Source of the DNA: Octopus sinensis
Taxonomy: Eukaryota
Reading direction: 5' to 3'
Assembly: GCF_006345805.1 (NCBI RefSeq)
Contig: NC_043008.1
Coordinates: 69,440,001-69,504,000, forward strand
Length of the DNA stretch: 64,000 nucleotides
Shown: positions 53,729-64,000 of the stretch, piece by piece
How positions within the stretch are numbered: position 1 is the stretch's first letter
How the letters are laid out: each line of letters begins with the position of its first letter
Program-made: the position numbers and the translations under genes
Notes under the pieces: generated by a model
Databases searched by the model: none
What the model was told of the DNA's origin: nothing
Seen by the model: the letters and a program-made list of their open reading frames with translations, nothing else

Positions 53729-53752
53729 ACTCTCTATCTGTCTATCTGTCTA

Positions 53753-53805
<53 letters not shown>

Positions 53806-53807
53806 TC

Positions 53808-53865
<58 letters not shown>
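53520..53865. repeat. (CTAT)n/(CTGT)n tetranucleotide microsatellite
   Basis: Direct reading. Similar tracts at 12890-12980, 33700-33740 and 36290-36400. Confidence 0.95.
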
Positions 53866-55704
53866 GTGCTTGTGCATGTGTGTGCAAATATATCTCTTTA
53901 TAGATATATATGTATATGTATGTATAAATGTGTGTTTATGCCCGTGTGTATGTGTGTGTTTATACATATCTTTTTTATATCCTTTAAATAAATCCTATAA
54001 TTAATGCTTGTCATAATAATGTCTGGATTCTGTGGAGCGGGTAAGCATAAAATCTGCATGCACCATTCCAGTGTAGACAGAAATATAGAGTTACATCTTA
54101 AACTTTGGTTAACTCTCGAATAGCTTTCAAGCTTGCTACCAAAGTGAATTTGGTGAACAAGTGTGAAATAGTTGTTTGATTTATTCATTGCGAATCCAGG
54201 ATTTTTAAGGTTTTGGATAAACGTTTGTTTAGGTTATTTGGTACCATAATAGTTACATGTGTAAATGTCTATATGTAACCAAAGCGAAACATAGAAGATT
54301 TAAAATATGTGAATATAAGCTAACCGGTGTGTTTACATGGACGATTTTCCATCAGCTCCTTCACTCCCTCTATTTTTATAACCGTCAATTCTCTCCCCAC
54401 ACCTTAATTTTCTTTTCCACCTCACCCCACCCTCTTCTCTTCCTCTCTTCGTTTCTCTTTCCCCTTCTCACTCTTTCACCTAGTTTCTCTCTCCAACTAC
54501 TTTATGTCTACGTATACAAGTTCACGTTGTTTTGCGTTCCTCATCAGTTGCAGCCAGTCGCTCAAGCGTAGGAGATGTGTGTGTGTAAAACCTAACATTC
54601 ACTCCAGCCATATCAGTGTACACATTCTTTTATTACTTTTCCAAATGATAAAAGTCGGTCAGACGCAGACTACAACGAATATTGTCTTATATTCACGTGT
54701 GAGTGTATGTGTATGTGTGTATGGATGTATGTATATATGTATATAGAAAACAGTTATTTTACTCTACACGGGTAAAAATATAGAAAGAAGAAGTTGAAAA
54801 TGCACTAGTGCGTGTGTGTGTTTGTGTGAGCGAGTGTGTGCGGGTGCGCTGTGTGTGTACGCATGTGGTCGCGGTGTGTAGATATGCATGCTTATTCATC
54901 GAAGTGCAGAGCTTATATTTTTCGGTAACAATAATTTACTCCATCGTTATTAGAAGTTTTGAACTGAAACAGCACATGCCTGCATAGTCAGAAAGTATAA
55001 TGTAAATGAAGGACGATTCGAATTAACGAAAGAGAAGCATGGGATCTAACTTGTGGGCTGAAGGTTTTTTTTAAAACGAAAGCGTCGGACTCTTGTTAGC
55101 ATTATAAATGAATTTACGTTGATGAGCCTTAAGCTTCAAGGCGTATGGATGAATTTCATAATAAATTTCATCCCAAGGTGACAGTTCAACATCAATATTG
55201 GTTTTCATTTAAGTTTGTTCTATTGATATCTGCTTTAATTTTTTTTTTTAACAAGAACATGCAGCTGTTTCATTTCCTTTTGAAACATGGAATGACCGTT
55301 ATCAATGATGCTCCATATTATTACACGGCATTCAGTTCCTTTGTCGCTGAAGTTCTTCACAACTCAATTGAGTAAAAATACTAGCTGCAGTTTTTTGACC
55401 TCATTGAGTAGAAATACTAGTAGTAGCTTCCCTTGAAATTGTTCGTTTCAATAACGTCTTAGTATTTTACAGAAGCACAATCTAAAACTGTTTTGACAGA
55501 TTGAATCAATCTAGTGAGTATGTGGAATGATTTTAACAGTTTCCAGTTTGCTATCGGAGTGAAGGCTATTGAGTATCGGTTACAGTTGTGTTTAACCTGG
55601 GAAGCAATGTTTTCTAGGCGGAAATAGATAACCTTAAGGTTGTGTGAGTTAAAAGTGTTATTGTCTTGTGAGTTTATAGAAAAATATGAGTGAAAGCGCA
55701 TTGC

Positions 55705-56070
55705 TTAATGGTTGGGATATTTGTGAGTTCGATTCCCGGCGGCGTGTTGGTTACTTGAGCAAACACTTCATTTTACGTTGCTCCAATCCGCTCAGTTGGG
55801 AAAAATGAGATTAACCTGTAATTCAAAGGGCTAGTTTTCTTACGTTCTGTGTCACGCTGAATGTCCTTGAGAAACACGTTAAGACCATGCGTGTCTGTGG
55901 AGAACTCAGCCATTTATACATTAATTTCACGAGGAGGTTGTTCCGTTGACCGGATCAAGTGGGACACGCGTCTTTGCAACTGACGCAGTGCCAAGCCATA
56001 GAAAGAACGTCTGACTAGAACTAGAATGCAACTGTGCAAGCGGGTGGTAATATCTAAATAGTAAGGAGGA
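55705..56070 (+). mobile_element. tRNA-derived SINE, further family (related copy at ~30495-30820 on minus)
   Basis: B box gagttcgattccc. The body attaatttcacgag...ttgaccggatc matches the reverse complement of ~30530-30560. Confidence 0.6.
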
Positions 56071-56153
56071 TTAAACTTGATGACTTCGCCGTTTTGTGTC
56101 AAAATGAGATTGTTTCTCTCTCTCTCTCACTGCGTATATATATATATGTGTGT

Positions 56154-56212
<59 letters not shown>

Positions 56213-57094
56213 CACACATACACACCGCACGCGTAAATATGATGGAAAAACTTATGTATTATGTATGCGCACGCACACACACGCTTAGACTTAGAATTAA
56301 GCAAATATGTGTGTGTATGTGTGTGTGCACGCAAACGCGTGTGTGTATGTGTATTTGTGTGTATACATATTTAATGAGACATGTATAATTTCACACTGAT
56401 GCACGCACGTATAATTAGCTTGCAATTTTACAACAAATATAGCGTCCCACCAAATAACGTAAATGAATGCTTTGGTAGTCGTTAAAATAATAATTTTCTA
56501 TGGAGTTGCTTAGTACAAACGTACGACTGTTCTATGTACGCCTTATACATGGTAACAAAAGTCATCTTGATTTACTTATAGTGGTGTGGTTATGAATAGT
56601 TACTTAGTCGAGAAAACTATATTGGTGTCATATTTTGGCACGAATCTAACAATATTGGGGAATGGGTACATGGATTATATTGACCCTAGTATTCGACTGG
56701 TACTGATACTAACGATCTCGAAAGGATAAAAGGCGGAATTTGAGCTGAAAACGTAAATACAGGTGAAATACCGCTAAGCACTTTGCCTCGCCCAGTAAAG
56801 ATTCTACCAGTTCACCACCTTAACGTCGATAAAACTATATTAAATAACCATTTGAAGGGACGAGAGCTTCTCTTCGGTGAACGGGTAAGGCTGGTGGTAG
56901 CATAGGCTTTGATTTGTTTATTAAATAAGAGTAATTGCGTAAGAACAGGTGGGTTGAATTTCAAAAAGAATTATAAAAAATATGCTGAAAGACTTTTTTT
57001 TAAAAATTGCAAATATCACAATTTTACGCGTATAAGTTTTGAGTATTTTATGCACAAGAATTTGATTGAATTAGCGTGGCTTGTCTGATATTAC

Positions 57095-57300
57095 ATCGTT
57101 TATCTTTTATTTCTTTCAGTCATTCAATAGCAGCTACACTTGGGCACCGAAGGATTTGGTCGAATAAATTGACCTCATTACTTGTTTCTTCTGCCCAACC
57201 ACTGAGTTACGGGGACATAACCAAACCAATACCAGCTGTCAATCTGTGGTGGAGGACAAATACAAGAAAAACACAGTCACACACAAACACACCTGTGTGT

Positions 57301-57358
<58 letters not shown>

Positions 57359-57530
57359 AAGAGAGAGAGAGTAAGACGAGTTTCTTCCGGTTACCGCCAA
57401 AGAAATCCATTCACAAGGCTTTCAGTCAACCCAGAGCTATAATAAAAGACACTTGTCCAAGTTGCCGCGTAGAGTAACTGAACCCAACATGGCAAGTAAG
57501 CTTCTTAACCACTCAACCACGCCCGATCCT
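57095..57530 (-). mobile_element. SINE family B copy (diverged)
   Basis: Reverse-complement match with an internal (GA)n. Confidence 0.7.
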
Positions 57531-57644
57531 ATGTTTAATTAAGGTTTGTTAATTAATAGAGTTAATTGCTAAGTTTTTTTTTCTTTATGGTCTAGACAAG
57601 TTTTGGATATTAGTTTAAGGTCTGGCTAGCTCGAATTAATGTTC

Positions 57645-57864
57645 TCTTTTATTCATTTACTTGTTTCAGTAATTTGACTGTGGCCATGCTGGAGCACCAC
57701 CTTTAGTCGAGCAAATCGACCCCAGGACGTATTCTTTGTAAGCCTAGTACTTATTCTATCGGTTTCTTTTGCTGAACCGCTAAGTTACGGGGACGTAAAC
57801 ACACCAGCATCGGTTGTCAAGCGATGTTGAGGGGACAAACACAGACACACAAGCACACACACAC

Positions 57865-57895
<31 letters not shown>

Positions 57896-58078
57896 CATAC
57901 ATATAGATATATACGACGGGATTCTTTCAGTTTCCGTCTACCAAATCCACTCACAAGGCTTTGGTCGGCCCGAGGCTATAGTAGACTACACTTGCCCAAG
58001 GTGCCACGCAGTGGGACTGAACCCGGAACCATGTGGATGGTAAGCAAGCTACTTCCCACACAGCCACTCCTGCGCCTA
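57645..58078 (-). mobile_element. SINE family B copy (full length)
   Basis: Reverse-complement match to 59963-60373. Confidence 0.85.
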
Positions 58079-59156
58079 TATTCATTTGTTGTTTCAATTT
58101 GCCTTATTCATATTATGAAGTATGACAAGCAAAGGGATAAAAACATAAATACAATGGGGTCTATTGATACAAGCGTATTTACTGTTTAACAAGGTCTCAT
58201 GGCCTAGTGGTTACGGTGTTGCACTCACGATCGCGAGATTGTGATTTCAATTCCAAGACCGGAAAACACTTCATCTCACGCTGCTCTGCGTCCACTTTGA
58301 CATCTGGCTTATGGTTCACTGTGCATCTCTTCAGACAACGTCAGTTCGATGGAGGGATGGCACAAACACTTGTTCATTATACACAAATCAATTGAACAGT
58401 TTGTTCAGCAAGTAATTGCAGAGCCGTCTTTCTCGGATTACCAGAGACAACCACCATATATTATTTTATACTGATGGTGCTCAATATTAACATCGACCCG
58501 TAGAGCATTTCATTATATAACGACAGCTGGTAATCATTCTATCGCTACAATTTTATTATGTGAGTTAAGCCAGTGTAAACCAACATTATTTTAACTAAAC
58601 GATTATGATTAATGTGCATTTGGAGTATTCAAGTTCTTTCATGTGTCGAATTTTATAAGGGTTTGATAGATATCGATTTTAAATGATTATTATTAGTAAT
58701 AATTTATCGATATCAAGATTGTATATTCTAGAGATAATTTAAGTGAACTCTATTCTTTTGGATCGGTACTGATGGATTTAATGTTGATTGTAACATTATG
58801 TTGAATGTAAGATAAATGCTTAGATGTATTGCGTTTCTTATGGGAGTGACAGTTAGGTTTAATCTGTAACTACGAAGGGGAGATAATTAACATTAATTAT
58901 TTATGGGGTTGATAGAGGTATTTCTCGCACTTCCGTGTAAGCAGCATTCTCCATTGCAGTCACATACGGCCACATGATAATACCACACATACACACACAC
59001 GCACGCACATATACACACACATTCATTCTACTTAGTTGTGGTTAAAAGCTGAACGTTTACCATACTTCCTGTACCCACAAACACACAGACACACACAGAC
59101 GAGCGCGTGCACACACACACACATGCATATACATACACAAGCGATTGCACACTGCA

Positions 59157-59234
<78 letters not shown>

Positions 59235-59236
59235 TA

Positions 59237-59278
<42 letters not shown>

Positions 59279-59813
59279 CAGCTTAAATCATGTCACATGC
59301 TCCGTTATAACGGGAACACATATAAACATAACTGTACACATGCGTAGGTACACTACGCACATACACTGCCATTAAGACATACAGCCACACATAACCGCGT
59401 TTACATATATGCACGCACAGAGATGAAAATAAACGAAAGGTGTAAACGGAAATATAAGATGGATGTTTCAAATTACTGGGCTTAGTTTACAAATACTACA
59501 CGCTCATGCCCTACACATCGACATATGCTGCTGCCACTACTGCGGTTGTTGCTTATGCTGCTACTGCTGCTCTTGACGAAATAAGCTGATACTTGTAGAC
59601 TCGGAAGATTCAAATGCGTTCTTATTCAATGTTGACACATATATCAATTACTTCGCTAACATGTACAAAGAGAGACACCGGCGAATACAGAACCAGCAAA
59701 AGCATGGTATTAAGGAAACGTGCTGTGATAAGGCAACATGAATATTTTCAATTATTTAAATATATTTTTAAATCCTTAGAAGCCTCCATAAAATGTATCC
59801 ATTTTTCTTTCAA

Positions 59814-59847
<34 letters not shown>

Positions 59848-59962
59848 CACATATGTATGGATATACTCCCTGTATAACATCAATCCATACTTATTTCATC
59901 TGATGTTATGCATAAATCTGTAGGAATTAATAGGAAATTATATATATACATATTATATATAT

Positions 59963-60373
59963 AGGCGCAGGAGTGGCTGTGTGGTAAGTAGCTTGCTAAC
60001 CAACCACATGGTTCTGGGTTCAGTCCCACTGCGTGGCATCTTGGGCAAGTGTCTTCTGCTATAGCCCCCGGGCCGACCAATGCCTTGTGAGTGAATTTCG
60101 TAGACGGAAACTGAAAGAAGCCTGTCGTATATATGTATATATATATATGTATGTGTGTATGTGTTTGCGTGTCTGTGTTTGTCCCCCTAGCATCGCTTGA
60201 CAACCGATGCTGGTGTGTTTATGTCCCCGTCACTTAGCGGTTCGGCAAAAGAAAAGAGACCGATAGAATAAGTACTGGGCTTACAAAGAATAATAAGTCC
60301 CGGGGTCGATTTGCTCGACTAAAGGCGGTGCTCCAGCATGGCCGCAGTCAAATGACTGAAACAAGTAAAAGAG
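59963..60373 (+). mobile_element. tRNA-derived SINE, family B (internal TA/TG microsatellite)
   Basis: Head aggcgcaggagtggctgtgtggtaag...ggttcagtccc and tail gactgaaacaagtaaaagag. Many copies in the window. Confidence 0.85.
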
Positions 60374-60427
60374 AAAAGAGAAAGAGATATGTATACATAT
60401 ATATACATACATATATATCTCTTCCAT

Positions 60428-60790
60428 ACTCTTTTACTCTTTTATTTGTTTCAGTCAATTAACTGTGGCCATGATGGACCACCGCCTTTAGGCGAGCAAA
60501 TCGACCCCAGGAGTTATTCTTTGTAAGCCTAGTAATTATTCTATCGGTCTCTTTTGCCGAACCACTACGTTACAGGGACATAAACACACCAGCATCGGTT
60601 GTCAAGCGATGTTGAGGGAACAAACATAGACACACAAACACACACACACATACATATATATATACATATATACGACGTCTACCAAATCCACTCACAAAGC
60701 TTGGGTCGGCCCGAGGATATAGTAGAAGTCACATGCCCAAGGTGCCACGCAGTGGGACTGAACCCGGAACCATGTGGTTGGTAAGCAAGC
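60428..60790 (-). mobile_element. SINE family B copy, inverted next to 59963-60373
   Basis: Reverse-complement match with an internal deletion. Confidence 0.8.
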
Positions 60791-61086
60791 CAGTGCGTGT
60801 GTGTACACATATACACACCCATACAAATAAGTATATATATATTTATGATGGTATGTATGAATGTTTATATACATGAGCCTACGAGTCTATGCATGTATCA
60901 GTGAAGTTGCCCGAACATCGTGGCCAGCGTGTTGGATTCACAATCTCAAAGCTGTGGTTTCAATTCATGGCCTGATCTATCTTAGCGTATGACAATACAT
61001 TTCAAGTTGCTCAGGTTTACTGCATGGAAAACAATCGCCAGTTTACTTGTGGTGCAGTTCTCTCTCTCTCTCTCTCTCTCTTCTCT

Positions 61087-61120
<34 letters not shown>

Positions 61121-61129
61121 CTCTCTTCT

Positions 61130-61168
<39 letters not shown>

Positions 61169-61429
61169 TCTCTAGCTAGCTAGCTAGCTTTTACATCTTG
61201 CATGTTCAAGAGTTAAAAAAAAACCGGGAGGTGCATCTATATGAACTAGTGGTTCGATAGAAGAGATCAATAGAATAAGTACTACACTTACAAAGAATAA
61301 GTCCTGGGGTCGATTTCTTCGACTAAAACCCTCTTTATGCGGTGCTTCAGCATAACCGCAGCCAAATGACTGAAACAAGTAAAAGAGTAAAAAATATGTG
61401 TGTTATATATATATATATATATGAATCTG

Positions 61430-61990
61430 TTTTTGTATAAACATATATAAACATACAAGATAGTCTTCTGGGAGATATTTGTATTCAGCCGTTTAGAATG
61501 TTACTCCTAACTGTGGTCACCGCACAGTGTAAAACTGGCAGAACTGGAAGCAATTCCACGAAGCTACACAAAGGTCGTCTCAATGCAACATGTCATCTAC
61601 CATAAGAAGAGGCTGAAAAAGTGAAGACTATTCGATAGGGACATTGACATAGAAAGTTACACGGACATCTGAATTGGTCGGCCCTACGTAGTGCCAAAGA
61701 CAACTTTGTCACATGAATTCAGGACCAGATGTTGTAACAACTTGGGTTTCAATGGACCACATCTCTTCAATATCCTCCCTAAAAGCCTGAAAGACTTACA
61801 TGGAGTGAATGTAGGTGTCTTCAAAACAGAACTAGATTTCTTCCTGTCAGGAGTTCCGGATGAATCCACCTCGCGCCAGGAAAAACAGTTTAGGGCAGTA
61901 ACATCAAACTCCCTCATTGACCAAATGTCACATATCAGATGTAGTTTCACATAGTAAAAGTGTATCAAAGGTAACAGCGGTGGGGCCACA
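61430..61990 (+). mobile_element. LINE ORF2 3' end relic (CR1/L2/Jockey-group-like)
   Basis: Translates to LWSPHSVKLAELEAI..SYTK and GPHLFNILPKSLKDLHGVNVGVFKTELDFFLSGVPDE. Confidence 0.7.
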
Positions 61991-62799
61991 GCTCTCGAAC
62001 TGAAACTAAAACAGAAAAAAAAAACATATCTATTCACATGCATATATAAATTGTAAACAAATTATCAATAATATGTTTAATTAGCATAAATTAAGGATCG
62101 TATGGGAACTTTGAAAGTATTTGGCTTAAATATTAATTTTCAGACAGGTACAAGTATCTTAAAAATTGTAGACTTAACTTTAGACCTAAAGACAGGTAAG
62201 TATCATGCGTCCCTGAAAGCTAATAGATAAATATATTACATTAATATACACTCTAACCACACGTTATATAATCATTACAAATTTAATCAATAACGTTAGT
62301 AATAGTATATCGAGTATGTTTACAGATGAAGATAAATTTCGCCGTGGGTCAAATCATTTCAAAGGTGCTTAAGAAGAGAGGTTATATATTAAAAAAATAT
62401 ACAAACAATAAATTAAAAACTAAACAAGCGCAGGCATGGCTGCGTGCTAAGAAATTTCCTTTCTAACCACGTAGTTCTGAATTCAGTCCTACTGCATGGC
62501 ACCTTTGGGTAAAGGTTTCTCGTATTATAGCTTCGACCGACAAAAGCTTTGTGAGTAGATTTATATGTAAGACGGAATCTGAAAGCCACACGATGTGCGT
62601 GCGTGCGTGCGTGTGTGTGTGTAGGTAACCGGGATCTTTCTTTCTTGCTTTGTAGTTTATACAAGGTAAACCTATTTTATTATATTCGTTGTAGTTACCA
62701 TGCGTATTTATTGATAGTGAGAAATTTGTAGCTTGGGAGTGTTAGCTCCTCTTTCTAGCAAGTGGTACTTTGATACCCTACTTTATTTATTTTACCTAT

Positions 62800-63330
62800 C
62801 TGTATGTATGTATGTATGGATGGATGGATGGATGTCAGGTCACTTTCGAGTGCTACTGGTAACATGTAAGCCAGTACAACCTGTTGCATGGTCGGGTCGT
62901 CGGCGACTAAACAGGCGACCCCACCAAGCTTGCTTGGTGAGGAGGGTGTTTATTGGACACCCTGCGGGATGAAAAACAAAGCCCGTCAAAGGGCGGAGGA
63001 ACTCTTGAGAGTCAACAGCCATCAAATAAATGTCTTAAGGCTGTATCATGCGCGGGGACAAAGAAGTAATCGGACTGAATACCCGATCAAGCGGTTAAAC
63101 CATTGGGAGTGAAGGACTCCTAGCTTTTGTTAGGGTATCCTTCTAGGAGAAGGTAACTCAGGTAACTGGGATAACTCCGACATAAAACCTGCGGCTCAGT
63201 GGTTATCGATGATTTTGACTTGTTCTTCTTTTCGAATTATGGCTGCTGTTGCTTAGTGAGTAGGATTGATTCAGTGCACAGCCTTTCCTCACTTTAAAAA
63301 AAATCTTCTTGCACAGGCATTACACGATAA
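62800..63330 (+). mobile_element. Probable RTE-type LINE 5' UTR fragment
   Basis: GC-richer unique block with ctaggagaaggtaactc, as remembered from RTE 5' UTRs. No ORF. Confidence 0.3.
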
Positions 63331-63442
63331 CAACATTGATTAAGCGTCGTGCAATGGCCATACTCGATAATGAGGGGGCAGCCACCATGTATGTATGTAT
63401 GTATGTATGTATGTACGTATGTATGTATGTATGTATGTATGT

Positions 63443-63500
<58 letters not shown>

Positions 63501-63521
63501 ATATATATATAATTATATATG

Positions 63522-63790
63522 TGGAAGCACATGGCCTAGTGGTTAGAGCAGCGGTCGAGGGATCGCAGGTTCGAATCTCAGACCGGACGAAACACCTAAG
63601 CTCTGGCAGAAGGTAATGGCGAACTTCTGCTAACACTTTCGCCACAACTTTCTCTCACTCTTTCCTCCTGCATCTTGTAGCTCACCTGCGACGGACTGGC
63701 GTCCCGTCCAGGTGGGGAACCTATACGCCAAGGAAACCAGGAAACCGGCCCTTATGAGCTAGGCGTGGCTCGACAAGGAACAAACAAAAT
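63522..63790 (+). mobile_element. tRNA-derived SINE with a Meta/V-like central domain
   Basis: A box tggcctagtggttag and B box ggttcgaatc. The central ctgcgacggactggcgtcccgtccagg...gaaaccggccc resembles conserved SINE domains. A related copy lies at 14527-14775. Confidence 0.7.
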
Positions 63791-64000
63791 ATAAATATAT
63801 ATATGTATGCATATATGTACGTGGGTGTGGGTGCGCGCACACATCCGTTTTTGTCCCAGTGTCCCGCTTGGAAAACGGGGTTGGTTTTTTACGTTCCCAG
63901 AATCACTAGACGTCGTACAATATGCTTAGCAACCTTTGCTCTGATTCTTCATGCTCTGAGTACAAATACTGCTGAGGTCAACTGAGACATTTCATATTTT

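Noticed and set aside
62860-62930. HDV-like ribozyme at the putative RTE 5' end
   Set aside because: A GGGTCGTC/GGCGACCC hairpin exists, but the enclosed segment is too short for the nested double pseudoknot, by eye.

Overview
AT-rich, repeat-saturated animal genomic DNA. The SINE families and the microsatellite load look like an octopus (coleoid cephalopod) genome; this is inferred from recalled repeat sequences, not a search. I can support no intact host protein-coding gene, rRNA gene, tRNA gene or CRISPR array, and almost all ORF-track entries are microsatellite translations. The window holds many tRNA-derived SINE copies of several families, degenerate LINE fragments (R4/Dong-like, Tx1/L1-like, RTE-like, R2-like, possible Penelope-like), Tc1/mariner relics, Helitron-like non-autonomous elements and a possible promoter near 34.6 kb. 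The standout is a 3.17-kb array at 39193-42358 of about 6.5 near-identical, non-coding ~490-bp units. Every unit carries a complete type I hammerhead ribozyme on the minus strand (7 in total), with a palindromic stem III and an unusually long stem II. The array is flanked by a 13-bp direct repeat. This is the architecture of a non-LTR retrozyme, a self-cleaving retroelement that makes circular RNA. A second, unrelated hammerhead motif occurs as an inverted pair in a 65-bp foldback at 26580-26725. All folds were worked out by eye, and TE family names come from remembered motifs and need database confirmation.
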